Below, piece by piece: positions 34,796-49,591 of a stretch of 64,000 nt of DNA. This stretch comes from the human T2T-CHM13v2.0 reference genome, Homo sapiens. Position 1 is the first letter of the stretch. Every line of letters starts with the position of its first letter. A program made the position numbers and the translations under genes. The stretch lies in assembly GCF_009914755.1 (NCBI RefSeq), contig NC_060934.1, one strand, 5' to 3'. The notes under the pieces are model-generated. The model did not search any database. It was not told the DNA's origin and was given only the letters and a program-made list of their open reading frames with translations.

Positions 34796-35968
34796 TCAAC
34801 TTGCCCAAAGTACTCTGATAGCCTTATTTCATCAGACAACTGTCTTCAGTATTAATAGCTGACAGAAACATTCTTCAAGGGCTCTATGGATCATTCAGCT
34901 TTTATTCTTTTGGATTTCTCGTTTTATTACTGTTCTAATTTAGGTTTGATGTAGCTTCAACAACCTCATCTCCTTCTGCCTCAATTAAAAAAATAAAAAT
35001 CTGGCATCCGGGATGTGGTTAAAAAGAAAGCAAAATAACATAACAGCCTCAATCTTGGAAATGCAGTAAACTGACTGCTTGATAGTCACACAAATTTCAT
35101 TCTATCTTAAAGCAAATTATTTACATGAGACCTGAATAAAAGCATGTGAGGGAACCAGTGGTAAGTCTCTCCTTTTCGCTTAGTTTCCTAATGAACCTAA
35201 GGGTTCATTAAAGCCCACTTTTCACCTGTTCCATGGTAGTTCACAGATTTAAAATTCCCAAGATGAACAGCACAGTGAAAGCATTGCTGTTTATGTGACA
35301 GAGCTTCACCATCTGCCTTTATGACAATGAGGAACTTCTGATATAAAACTGCCAAACTGCAGAAACTCACAATTAAAGAACTCAGTGATGCCTCTTCCCA
35401 GAGCCAAATTTTACTTAAAACAGCCCAAAAGAAGGCCCAATACATTGAGATCATGTTTCCACATTTAAAGAGCAACTCCTAAAATAACTGATGTCCTATA
35501 TTACACTCTGCAGTGGTCAAAATTTTAAATATTGTTTTCCATATCCAGAAGTTAGTATCAAATAAATCATAGGTGTGATGTTATACACACCTCTATAACT
35601 TCTGTAATGAGGTGAAATTACACTAAAGCTAGTAAATTGGTCATATACTTCTCTACATATAAAGAGCCCGATATGTGCTACAAGATTACTTCTTAAGTAC
35701 AGAAGAATACAACTCCATTAGAAATTTGACTTAAAAATAATATGCCTACTATAATGAACATTGCTAATTGCTTATATTTTAGGAGACTGGGGGAGGGTGA
35801 TTGATAGTGATTTAGATGATTGCCTTTAGATTCTATTGTCCTGTAGCAAGTAGATATTTATTTTTTCTGACCAATGGATTCACATGACTTTTTTTTTCTT
35901 TTTCTAAGCAAGCAGATATTTAGAATCATTCTGTTAACTTCACAGCTTTGCTTAAAGCTGGGGAGGCC

Positions 35969-36392
<424 letters not shown>

Positions 36393-37058
36393 TTAGAGTT
36401 TAGGACCAGGCACAGTGGCTCATGCCTGTAATCCCAGCACTGTGGGAGGCCGAGGTGTGTGGATCACTTGAGGTCAGGAGTTCGAGACCAGCCTGGCCAA
36501 CATGGTGAAACCCCATCTCTACCAAAAAATATAAAAATTCCTGTAGTCCCAGCTACTCAGGAGGCTGAGGCAGGAGAATTGCTTGAACTTTGGAGGCAGC
36601 AGTCCAGCCAGACAAGAGGGAGAGAGAGCAAAAAGAAAGTTAGTTTAGTATTGTTTCCACTTTTTAGGTAACATATTTCATATTTGTTCTAAAATGATCC
36701 CTTTTAAAGTTTCAATAATCTACAGATTTTTAAAGAACATATTCATCTATCTGAAGTAGTAGTTAGCTGAAGGAATTCCACCTTTTCTTAAAGTTGAACA
36801 GTTTATTTGATGTGATCTTTTTTAAAAAAACAAACTTTCTAAAGAATGTGAAATATTTATTTCCAAGGCAGAAATAACCTAATGTTCTACTTCCTAGAAA
36901 CATCATGTTCTAACATTGTGAGTACAGAGGAAACAGTCTCTTCCCCAAACCTAGCCACTAGAGCTGTGGCTGGAAAACTCTGAACCCTTGGTATACCGCA
37001 AGTGTTTCTGTTTCTTCATTTTCAGTATACTAATAAGCCTCTGTATACAACATTACAG

Positions 37059-37487
37059 GTGAAGATCTTTAAGCAAGAAGTTAAAGAGTGAACATGGTGG
37101 AAAAAATATAATTATTTTCATCAGACTTAAACTGGAAATTGATGATTTCTGAACTGAAGCCTTCACACATGTGAGATCCATGCTGAGGAGAAGCAAAATG
37201 GCACAGGGCTAGTTGCCACCAACCAATTTACTGATGAATGAAGCCCAGGGGACTGCCATTTTATAAATGTCAGCAGTTGGAAAAATCGTCACGAATTGAC
37301 TTAGAGCAAGGGTCAGCAAGCTTGTCTGTAAAGGGCCAAACAGTAAATATTTTAGGGCTGGGGGCCATAAAATATGTTGCAACCACCCAATTCTGCCATT
37401 GTAGTGCAAAAGCAGCCATAGACAACACATACATGAACGAACGTGGCTGTATTCCAATAAAACTTTATTTATGGACACTGAAATTGG
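37059..37487 (+). other. PLCE1: PLCE1 non-coding terminal exon (3' UTR, short form); end approximate
   Basis: acceptor cattacag|GTGAAG with upstream tactaat branch-like motif; AATAAA at 37456-37461; agrees with recalled mRNA structure. Confidence 0.7.
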
Positions 37488-37636
37488 AATTTCATATATT
37501 TTTCACATGTCACAAATACTCTTGTTTTGACTTTTTTTCAACCATTTAAAAACTTAAAAACTATTCTTAATTCAGGGGCCATACAAAAACAGGTGGCAGG
37601 CTAGATTTGGCCCAAGGACCTTAATTTGCCAACACA
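37307..37636. mobile_element. MER58B (hAT-Charlie MITE) in the PLCE1 terminal exon
   Basis: caagggtcagcaa...tgtaaagggcca..agtaaatattttagg...ccaataaaactttatttatggacactgaaatt...gatttggccc...tttgccaac. Confidence 0.85.
37456..37461 (+). terminator. Proximal PLCE1 poly(A) signal, inside MER58B
   Basis: AATAAA followed by T-rich downstream sequence. Confidence 0.65.
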
Positions 37637-38522
37637 ACTAAGAGAAGAGAACTGGGAACAAGGAGCACAAAGATCTGAAAACAGGAAAGGAAGTTTAGCC
37701 ATACATTTTATGGCCGAGAATTAGAAGCTTAGAATTAGAAGCTTTGGGGCATTTCAAGTGTAAATATGTCCTATAACATAAGAGTCATTAAAATTCAATT
37801 TAGTTCCTGTATTGTGTACCACAGTGCACTCCTCTTTAGGATTTTTTTACATATAGAAATAATATTGGGTTTTTTTTAAGGTTATTGCCTATTCAGTTAA
37901 TAGGGTTGCTTTAAAAAAGGTTATTGCTTAATCATAGATTAGATTACTCATTTTTGGTTTTCAAAATGAATTTAGAATGACGTATAATTTAATATCTACT
38001 GAATTGCAATGTCTTAACAAGAAACCTAACAATTTTTTAAAGCAAAAGTAGATTGAGTTGGCGTTTAAATTTATTTTGCAAGGTTTGTACTGACACTATA
38101 CTTATATATTTATTATACATCGCTCTCTTGATATTGCCATGGATTAGAAGCATTAGTTCTCAGTACTTGAAGACAAACTTCTAAAAAGAAAATATATGCT
38201 CTGAACATCTGAAATGGGCTAGACTTTCAAGTAAAATTGCTTCATTTCTCATTAACTGAAGAGCTATTGATCCAAGTCATACTTGCCATTTAATGTAAAT
38301 TATTTTTAAACTTTGCTGTACAAAACCATTAAGTGTAAAGGATTCTTCATATTCTTAGTATGAAGCAAATTATGAATTTTAAAAATGAAATATGTATTCC
38401 TCTAAAACCCAAACTTTTATCTTTCCATTGGTATCTTTGAATTTTAAGACACTTTTCTTCAAATTACAAAACACTAAAACTCACTCCTAAACTTCACTTT
38501 GAGAAACTTTTTTAACCAATTA

Positions 38523-38954
<432 letters not shown>

Positions 38955-39493
38955 TTAAGGCTAGAACTACCATTTTCTTGTCAACAGAATTCAGGCTATT
39001 CCAGTTTGATGTAATCTATACAGTAGTACAGTTTTAAGTCAAATATTCATTCTAACAAATGCACAATGCTGCTCCATTTTAAAAATATTCCGGAAACACT
39101 TTATCAAGCCTCTATAAGTGAACATGCCAAACAGTTTGCCCTACCACGTGTTGAAAACTGAGTTGCTGGTCTAAGTGGCTAGAGGCCAAATGAAAACTGT
39201 GCAGAGTAACAAGATGAAAAGACTCGTCTCTTTAGGTTTATCACATTTGATTCTGATGCTAAGCGCTGCCCCACTCCTCCTCCATGACCTTTAACACAGG
39301 TGTATGTTTTACAACATAAATCTGAGACTGAAGTTGAGACCAGGTTGTTTAGCAAGTGAGAGAATCCAGCCTACTGCCTAGGTTGCATCCCAATTTAGTT
39401 GTTTATCACATTTTGAGGTGAAAGTACATACTTCATTGTATTTGAGTCTTTGGGATTACAGAAAGAACACATTGTTTCAAAATGTAAAGAGTT

Positions 39494-39804
39494 GGCTGGG
39501 CACAGTGGCTCATGCCTGTAATCCCAACACTCTGGGAGGCTGAGGTGGGTGGATCACCTGAGGTCTGGAGTTCGAGGCCAACATGGTGAAACCCGTCTCT
39601 ACTAAAAATACAAAAATTAGCTGGGTACTAAAAATACAAAAATTAGTGGTGGTGGGCACCTGTAAATCCCAGCTATTGGGGAGGCTGAGGCAGGAGAGAA
39701 TTGCCTGAACTCAAGACGCAGAGGTTGCAGTGAGTGGAGACTGTGCCACTGCACTCCAGCCTGGGTACAAGAGTGAGACTCCATCTCAAAAAAAAAAAAA
39801 AAAA
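39494..39804 (+). mobile_element. AluS with a duplicated linker
   Basis: tactaaaaatacaaaaattag occurs twice; TSD gtaaagagt. Confidence 0.88.
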
Positions 39805-40919
39805 GTAAAGAGTCTAGTCTACTATTATACACAAATGGCCAGCACAATCTGATGTTGGCTGAAAATATTTAAGTTTTATTTAAAGCTTTCTGAATTAAAC
39901 AGCTATATTATGCCAAGTGAAAGAAATTATCCTAAATAGCCACTATGACTATACCCATTACCATTTCACACTTTTTAGGCCACCAGAAATCTGGGTAGCA
40001 AACTCTTCTCATTAAAGTTGATGTGGACAAGAATCTAAATATGCAAGTTGGGGTCATTACAAAATTTTAAGAAGCATCACTGAAAGTGAAGAGAAAGGAG
40101 CATGAATTCTGTCACTCTATTCAGTGATGCCAAATCTGTAGGAATGATCCTATCTGGGTAGAAAGTGCCCTTTGAGGGGTAAAGCTTCTTTTCATGTCAT
40201 CATTAGCAAGTAAAAGTTATTTACAAATTCTCCAGTTGGGAGTCAATATGAAGTCTAGACTCAACAAAAGTTGAGTTACAAGTGACTTGTTTTTAATCAA
40301 ACTTGCTTTCTTTTATGGGAGGCTTTTATGCCTCCCATCTCAATACCTCTGGAGACACTGGAAGCTCATTAATGAAAGTGGGCCCTCTATGATATGTATC
40401 AATTTACCTTTTGCTAACTACATCGTCCCCTTCCTTTCTTCTCTCCTCTTCCAATATCTCTATAGACTTCTGTCCTCTGCCCAGAGACCCACAGGCCTTG
40501 CTTAATTCTGGAAAGTTATCAGGGCTTGCTTACTGGCCCAATAAAATTGAATTAACTCTAAAACACAAAACTCCACATCTATGCTCCCATGCTAGTAAAG
40601 AAGAGTAGGATTTTCCTGGCTGGTGTCTTTGATCTTACATTGGCAGCCTGCAGGGAAAGTGCTCTCATGGTGAAAGTCTCTGACCCCTTTTCAGTTGCTT
40701 ATATATCAGCAGTGAGGCCAGAAAAGATATACCTGGGACCCCAAAAAAGTTAGAGAGAAAAGGGAGATTGTCTCTTATACAGAGTCTAGACTTGGGTCAA
40801 TATTCCCCATGATCCATTGTTAATAATTTATGTGTTCTCTGCCATCCTTATGTAGCAGCTTCCTAAAAGCAATCCTTGGCTGATGGCTATGGATTCTGAC
40901 ATAGGAATACCTGAAATGA

Positions 40920-41263
<344 letters not shown>

Positions 41264-41590
41264 TACCTACTCTTATACATCTCTTAGATTCAAAACATAC
41301 TATGCACAAGCCTGTCACCAAACAGATCTCTGAAACCTTCCCTATTGCAGATGACATAGGTCTCTAAACTTTTGACACAAGTAATTCTAACACTGAATTG
41401 GGTACTGTCGCATTTTTCAAAAGCGTTATGTGGATGATTTGACTCAGCATGGAAGACTGAGGTTGTCTTACACCCATTATTTCCCACCCCACTCTTAAGT
41501 GCCAGCATAGTGCTAAACACACAGTAGGTGCTCATTATTTGTCTAGTTAAAAAACAAATTAAGGCTGTAGCTTAATATAGCCTCAGGATA

Positions 41591-41598
41591 TGTGTGTG

Positions 41599-41643
<45 letters not shown>
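41591..41643. repeat. (TG)n microsatellite
   Basis: about 21 perfect TG units plus a short interrupted run. Confidence 0.95.
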
Positions 41644-41645
<2 letters not shown>

Positions 41646-41896
41646 AAACATAAGCTTACATATAAGCGTATGTAAGTTAATGCACAAATATATTTCCTCA
41701 AATTCACATAGGATACTCAAATATAGATGTATAATTTTGTAGTCCCACTGTGATTCTCCATATGTATAACAAGAAAATTAAAGGCATAATACAGCTGTGA
41801 AATAGCTGATGAGTTTCTATTTTAAGCTGATTTTTCACCAGAAGTATAGTTTCTGCTGCCAAAGTAAAGTATAAATGTATTTGTATATGTGTGGAA

Positions 41897-41902
41897 AATA
41901 AA
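41897..41902 (+). terminator. Candidate distal PLCE1 poly(A) signal
   Basis: AATAAA with upstream TGTA motifs and a downstream GT-rich tract (ttgtgacatgtattggtcacttgtg). Confidence 0.5.
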
Positions 41903-42327
41903 TAATTTGTGACATGTATTGGTCACTTGTGCTCTGATGGGGATTAGACCCTTTGGTTATCCACACAAATATTTATCACATTCCTGGACTTTGTTTTATA
42001 CCTAAAAGGTGGACTAAAAGCAAATATTCATATGCTGAATCATACCTTTCTCATTAAATAATCAAGCCTTAAAAAATGTGACCTCAGAACCACTTTTAAA
42101 AATCATATATAATATGCTAAAAGACTGACATACACTGTTAAGCTCATATCCTCTCACTCTGCTGGAATGGTAAAGGAATTTTCTACTTTCGTTTACTTCA
42201 TGTGAAAAAAGAACTCTAAGCTCCAGAGTAAAATAACTGGCTGCTATGACTTTCAAACAGTAAGAGATCTCTTTAGTTGGACTGCTGTGCTTTTTTCAAA
42301 AAATTATCATATCACAAGAATAGGAAG

Positions 42328-43271
42328 CAGAAAAAAACAGCTGTTTTATTCAACTATTCACAATAGAGAATATTTATAATCTAGTCACTGAAACACGCAT
42401 TTCTTAGGCCACTCCTAGAATATGGGAATAGCTGTTACATAAAATACTGTTTTATAATTATATTAATAAGAAAAAGCATTTTACCTGTTCCAAGAGGGGA
42501 AAAAAGCTCCTCATTGAGTATCCTTTGTCTCTAGATCAGAATGGTAAAGTCTTGGGCCTGGTTCTTCTACCCTGGAGCAATTCTTCCCCAGTCACCCTCC
42601 AGGGAATGTCAGAAAACGTGAAGAACTTTAGAGACTAGAATCATATTCAAACTTTCCTTGAAAGTAGCTATAATAAACACTAACACCTTTTTTAAAAGGC
42701 CAAATTAGGTAACTTCTTTAGGTGGATCATCCAGCAAAAGCCAATGAACCTGAATACAAGCTATTTTTTTCTTTTCTCAAATATCTTCATAAAAATATAT
42801 TAACTCAAATTTAGAATGCTTCTCATTTCCATCCACAGTATTGAAATAAAAATATTTAAAGAGTATTTAGTTATAAAAAGTAGCTAAATGGTAAAATGTC
42901 TTCTCATGGTCTTGATTTTTCTGTGCTCTATGCCCTAATTTTAATATAGCAACTGCACTTCAGTAAGATCCAGTCCAAAGATTTTTTTAAAAAACTATAA
43001 TGTACGTGAAGCTTTTAAAAGGCAGCATCATCAAGAAAGTAATTTCCAAATACTGGGGAGAAAAAAAGGCTTTTGATCTCCTTGATGGAATGACATATTC
43101 AGAATAGGGGCAGAACCCTGTGCCATGCAAAGGGTCATTCTTCCTCTTCTTCCTAGACATTCTTAGGAAGCTTTCCTTGTATAAAAAGAAAAGATCCTAA
43201 GTTAACAACTCATCTTTATGTACATCTGCACACACAAATATACAAGAAAGTCCACTGACTTCATTCCTCTA
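42328..43271 (-). other. NOC3L: NOC3L 3' UTR (end approximate)
   Basis: AT-rich unique sequence between the stop codon and the poly(A) signal. Confidence 0.7.
42345..42350 (-). terminator. NOC3L poly(A) signal
   Basis: TTTATT on + (AATAAA on -), ~920 nt after the stop, followed by a T-rich tract on -. Confidence 0.7.
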
Positions 43272-43400
43272 CTAGTGTAGTGATGTTTTCAAATATTTCG
43301 TGAAATCCAGAGGCGATTCAGTAGCAACTTCACTGGAGTATCTTTTGATTAGCTGATTTAAATCTTCATTCAAAAATGAATCCCCTTGTAAAAATTTACC
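43272..43400 (-). CDS. NOC3L: NOC3L last coding exon (~exon 21)
   Basis: cctag|GGT; [42 protein letters not shown]. Confidence 0.93.
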   Translation of the reverse strand, partial: GKFLQGDSFLNEDLNQLIKRYSSEVATESPLDFTKYLKTSLH

Positions 43401-43728
43401 CTAGGAAAATATTTAAAGTATGAGTTAGAAGTTACTTATGCTATAAGCTAAAGCCAACCTGTGAACCAAGTTGAAAATGGCAACAGCTGACACCAACACA
43501 TGCAACACAATGACAGATGCTTGGTAAGGTCTTGGACATATCCTATATTGAACGAACAGTTTCATGATCATCTCTATAGAATTTCAACCTCAGAAATCCA
43601 TCCTATGATGAAATCCTAAACATTAAAAAAAAAACTACCTATAAAATAATTAAGCAAACTGGAGTTAGAGTTATTGAGATACATTGGTTTCTATTTCTTC
43701 CTTTAAAAAAATGAAAAATATCCCATAC

Positions 43729-43813
43729 CTTTATTTTGGGGTTTGAAGATTCAACAGGAGGATTGAATGTCATTTCTGCCATGCTATATGCCTCAAAAAG
43801 TTCAGTAGCAGAT
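43729..43813 (-). CDS. NOC3L: NOC3L exon (~20)
   Basis: tttag|A...AAG|gtatgg; [28 protein letters not shown]. Confidence 0.92.
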
Positions 43814-45093
43814 CTAAATCACAAACACAAAAAATGTAAAGATACCACCACATCTGTGTAACTCAAAAATAATTAGATTATACTCAGAGAATGATTCATT
43901 CTTAACCCATATATTAAGGTATAAGATTTGAAACTAACCAACCAATCCAGTCACTTAACAAATTCTAAATTCCCATTGTAATGTCAACATTATCCAACTA
44001 AATCCACCTCAGAGAGGTTTGGTATACATTTAGCAATACAGGCATAGACTCCAGAGAGAAAGCTAAGCTGAAGAACTCCAGTTCAGTGTGATCAAATCCC
44101 AACCCACTGATAATGCAACTAAGTATATCTTAGTCATGGGAGCCAGAGGACTGAAGCATGGAGTCATTCTCCACAGACTTAGAACACAGCTCAACTCTTC
44201 AGCTACTGGCCTGGATGAAAAACAAGGAAAGGCCATTCAGGACAGAATACATGTCTATACCCATGGCGTGTAAATGAATCCTTAATGATTTGGAATTAGT
44301 TCACACTCGCCAAAACACATAGGCAAGGGCCTACGAAGGTAGCAATTAGGCTCACATCCCAATACCCACTCTCCAGAAGCCCACTATGAGTCTCCTTTCT
44401 TAAGCCTTTGGGATAAGCTCATTCCTCATCCTTCTCCACAAAGGAAACATCTTTCCTTAGCAAAACTGCTAAGGAAAACATGCCATAAAATAATCATTAT
44501 GAAGAGTGACAAAGAATTGTTTTCTCCTTTTTTCCTTTTAAAAAAAAAGGCTGGTGGGGTGAAGACTGGGGACAGGTGAGAAGTGTGAGGGAAGAAAAAG
44601 TAAATGGCCATTTTATTTAATAAGGCCAAAAGTTATCTCCATCCTACTCAGAAGGAAAGGGCTCATGGAAAACTGCAGAGCTCTTGCCTCATGTAGAGGA
44701 GGCAGCAACTGACTGACTACTGTCATGTAAAATACAAGCCAATGTCACCAAACCTCCCAGTATTTCAAGAAAAGCGGGAAATGTGAATTTCAGATGAATT
44801 CTTTCAATATTTAAAAGACAGCAACTAATTCAATTTTTTTCAAACTCTTGAGGCCAGAAAAATCGGCCTGGCCCACAGGTCACCAAACTATGATCTCTGA
44901 ATTACAGAAACCAATGGGCTTGCAAACGGAAAAAACCTACAGCAAAATATTAATTCTGGGTAATGAGTACATTGTAAGGTGCTATAGTTTCAATGTGTCC
45001 CCTCCAAAATTCAGATACGGAAACTTAACAGTCAATGTGATGGTATTAAGAGGCAAAAGCTTTAAAAGGTGATTAAGCCATGAATGGGATTAA

Positions 45094-45229
45094 CCCATTT
45101 ATGCCTACTAGTGTTCCATTATCAGAACACTAAGCTTGTAGGAGTTATTTATATCCTACTGCTCAAGGTCATCGCCAAGGTCTGATTTTTCACACACAAA
45201 AAAAATTTGCAACCTCTGGCATAAATGGG
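45094..45229. mobile_element. MER85 (non-autonomous piggyBac/PGBD3 MITE)
   Basis: TTAA|cccatttatgcc...ggcataaatggg|TTAA: perfect 12-bp TIR and TTAA target duplication. Confidence 0.93.
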
Positions 45230-45434
45230 TTAAAGTCTTTATAGAAGAGGCTTCATGAAGTGAAGCTGTGGCACTGCTCCCATTCTGTCCTGTCTGCCAT
45301 GTGAGGGCATGGGGTTCCTCCCCTCCAGAAGATGCAGCAACAAGATGCCATCTCAGAAGCAGAGAGGCGCCCTCATCAGTCAACCAAACCTACCAGCACC
45401 TTGATCTTCAACTTCCCAGCCTCCAGAATTCTGA

Positions 45435-45742
<308 letters not shown>

Positions 45743-45881
45743 CTCTGTTGTTTATAAGTTACCCAGTCTTAGGCATTTTTTATGGCACCATAAATGGACT
45801 GAGGGATTTTTTATACCATTTTCTCTCTTTCTCTGTATAACTTAAGTATTTCCTGTCTGTATTTAAAAAAAGGTAATTACT

Positions 45882-46234
<353 letters not shown>

Positions 46235-46871
46235 TCAGGGAAAAGAAGACTCTTTTAGGAGGACCTTTTCCCCATCTGGGTGTGAGGTAGATGCTGGAAG
46301 TACCCATCCAAGCTGCTTATAGGTCAGAAGGTACTCTGCAAGGGCCAAAAAAAGAAAAAGCTGCCCTTCTGGATGGCAGTGTTCCAAAGCACCTCTTTTC
46401 TTCCCTCTCCTCATTTTTTTTTTCTCCTCATCCTGCCCTAACAGGGCCATTCAAAAAAAAAAAAAAGACCGAGCGAGCGAGAAAGCAAGGAAGCTTAATT
46501 TGGTTGACTTGTGTTTTATCTTCACATGAAGCACCTATAGCCATAGATTATTCATTGTTGAACCTGAGTGATGGGGGGCATATGGACATTCACTATGCCA
46601 TTCTACTATCCTGTATGTGCGAAACTTTTCACGATTAAAAAAATGTTTTTCAAGTTGAATGACAGAAGAAGAAAAAAAATGTTTTAAGTGATCAACAAAA
46701 TCATAGCATGTTTTCTTTCAGAACAATTCAGGAATATGAAGCAAGACCAATCCAGATACCCAACTGGCACTTTACATTTTGTAGTATGTTACTTTATGAA
46801 ACAGTCTTCTCATAGTAAGTGGCTATCAGCTCAATTCTGTAGTTTTAGAATAAGGCAATGCTAAATATTAC

Positions 46872-46969
46872 CTTCGACTCAACTCTGGTTTGAGTGCTCC
46901 AGAGCCTTCAGAAGGTGCTCCAGCGATCAGGTGGGCTGCAAATCTCTGCACTATGGGATGATAATGCCT
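46872..46969 (-). CDS. NOC3L: NOC3L exon (~19)
   Basis: cttcag|AGG...AG|gtaata; [32 protein letters not shown]. Confidence 0.93.
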
Positions 46970-47702
46970 CTGAAGGGAAAACGGGACAATCACATTCTGC
47001 ACAGGTCAGTCCTTTACAAAAAACACTAGCCACAGCAAAGATTTTCTTAAATAAAATTACACCAAATTTTTTTTCATCACCTATGTACAGTATATGTAAT
47101 TCATTAGAAGCACATACCCACAGAAAGAATATTATCTTTGCTAATAGGATTAAAACACAAATCAAGTTACCAGTGAAGTAGTTTAGTCTTGCTTTTACAA
47201 TATAAATAGAAAAATCAAAAAGCAATTCCTCTTTCAGAGTGAAAAAAGTTAATTTACAACAGGTTACCTGCCACTTCTATTTTCTACAAGTCTCACTCTA
47301 ATGCTGTCCATACTGTAGGATCACTGCATAGGTGAAACCATCTTGAAACAGGGCTTACTAAAGTCTCCTTGGATAAGACTCAACAGAAATGTACCTGATA
47401 ACAAATCCTCTGAAGAGTGTTAGGGAAAGATTTCAATAAAGGGAAAGGTTTCAGTAAATCTTCCACAACTGCACCCTACAGAACTGACACTGTTTTCTGC
47501 TTCCTTAGAAAATGTACCTCAACAGCTTAAAGAATAGTAACAGCAAAGTAAAATGTAGCATACTAACACAGGAATTCTAAAAAAGGCAGCCCCAGAACAA
47601 AATATAATTAAGTACTCTGGCAATAACAACTATTTGAAGAAAAACTGGAAAACAATTATTCACAAACATCCCCAAAAAGAAAAAAACCAGGGCCACTCTT
47701 AC

Positions 47703-47831
47703 CCGCAGAGCATGCAGTTCCCACAGAGCAGTGTTCTGAGCATTGCAGTACTCAGGCTCATCCAGTTCAGGAAGGAAAACTCCACTTCCCTGAGATTCAC
47801 TGTCAAGCAGTAGATCTGTTTTGGGGAAAGT
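47703..47831 (-). CDS. NOC3L: NOC3L exon (~18), CBF/Mak21 domain
   Basis: ttgcag|ACT...CGG|gtaaga; [43 protein letters not shown]. Confidence 0.95.
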
Positions 47832-48833
47832 CTGCAAAAATGTCACATAAAAAGAATTGGTTAAATTAACATTGTTAATATAAGAGGTGTTACTGGTTTG
47901 TAGTTGTATTTGCATTTAAATTTATGGTTGTATAAGAGCTTTGCATAAAGTCTTTACACCTAGATTTAATAAAAAACAATTTAAGTTTATATAGTAAGAA
48001 CAAGAGTTGCAAAAAAAAATTTTATCTTTGCTTGCTTTGAAAATTAATTTTATCTTGCAAAAGAAAAAAATATGCTTCTCACCTTGCAATCACACTTTTA
48101 GAAATCTGATAGAAATAATTACATCAGATAAATACATAAAGATATTCACTATAGCATCATTTGTAATAGCAAAAAAAGAAATAACCTATATCAAGAGAAA
48201 TAGAAAGAAGCAGAAAAACCAGACTGCCTACATTTGAATATCACTTCTACCACTGACTGGCACTGCTACTCAAGCCAAGACACTTAACCTCTCTGGACCT
48301 CAGTTTTCCCACATGTACAATAGGAACAAGAATAGTAGCTACCTCAGAGTTATGAAAATTAAATTTTTGTAAGGCATTTATAACTGGAAGGCACATAGTC
48401 AGAACTATGGTGTTTGTTAAGCAAAGAATTAAATAAACCTTACATAAAGAGAGTAGTGACATTATAATGTGTTTACCATGATTAAATGCTAAGGTTAAAA
48501 AAGTGGTAGAATATATAGCATAATCCTCTTTCCATTAAAATACAAAGTTGAGTTGTTTCTATGTGTATGTGTTTATATATGAACTTTAAAAGGCTGCTGG
48601 AAAAATACCCACCAAATGGTAAATGGATACCCACCTAATGACACTGAGAAGTGTCAATAGGTATAAAATGCTTTTTTTCAATTTTATATACCTCTTTTGT
48701 CACCTGATTTTGTTACAAGTGTGAATTACTTCTGTAATTGAAATAATATAAAAGGGGGGAAAAGACATGCCTCAAACAAAAAAAATCATTGCATTATAAG
48801 AACTTAGCTCTGTTCATTTGTATCACTACTTAC

Positions 48834-49015
48834 ATGCATTAATATTCTGGTAGTTGCTAAAATGCCAATACTTGAATTTGGAAGAACATGAAGAGCAAGG
48901 GTACAAAGGCGTTTGATGAAGGCAAGAGCTCGCTGCTGAGAAACTTGCTTTCTGCGCTTAGTTAGCATGACATCAAGGCACTGGAGTACAATCTCAACAC
49001 CTTCATTGGTAGCAC
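48834..49015 (-). CDS. NOC3L: NOC3L exon (~17)
   Basis: tttag|GT...CAT|gtaagt; [36 protein letters not shown]...ILMH. Confidence 0.95.
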
Positions 49016-49370
49016 CTAAAACAGCAGACATATTCTTCAGAGCTGTTCTCATTACTTTTTCATTACGCAACTGGACTGAACTTCAGATAAACCCAAGATA
49101 AACTTTTGTACCTGTCCCAAACCATTTCTCTAATCAATGAGGTAGTGCTATACTGCTAAGGAGATACAGCGGGCTATACTTACTGCATCTCCAGTCAATT
49201 CCAGAAGCTCTTTCTCCAAGTCTTACATAAGATTAAATACAGATGCATGGCACTGGAAAGTCACCATTTTATGTACCTGTTCCTATTTCTCATTTGTCTA
49301 CAATGATGGGTCATAACATATTCTTAAAACATAAATACATATAAAAGAAACATTATCTAAACATACATAC

Positions 49371-49442
49371 CTGCATGTAATTTGAACAGTGTTTTGTAGA
49401 GATGTGTGTAGAATTTCAATGGATCAATATTCAGAACATCAC
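49371..49442 (-). CDS. NOC3L: NOC3L exon (~16)
   Basis: caaag|GT...CAG|gtatgt; [23 protein letters not shown]. Confidence 0.93.
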
Positions 49443-49527
49443 CTTTGAAATGACAACAAACACCAATTAGGTATGTTATAGCATTCAAAGGTAAGGCAAA
49501 CAAAACTTGATTAAGAAAATATCATAC

Positions 49528-49591
49528 CTTGTCCAGAAAGAATATGAAAAGCAGTCTGGACACAGTGAAGACTTTCTTGATAGCTTAGGTC
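49528..49591 (-). CDS. NOC3L: NOC3L exon (~15)
   Basis: taaag|GAC...AAG|gtatga; [21 protein letters not shown]; followed by an 85-nt intron. Confidence 0.92.

Noticed and set aside
40000-40070. KVDVD thioredoxin-like peptide suggesting a processed pseudogene
   Set aside because: Only five residues, no CXXC, TSD or A tail; consistent with chance
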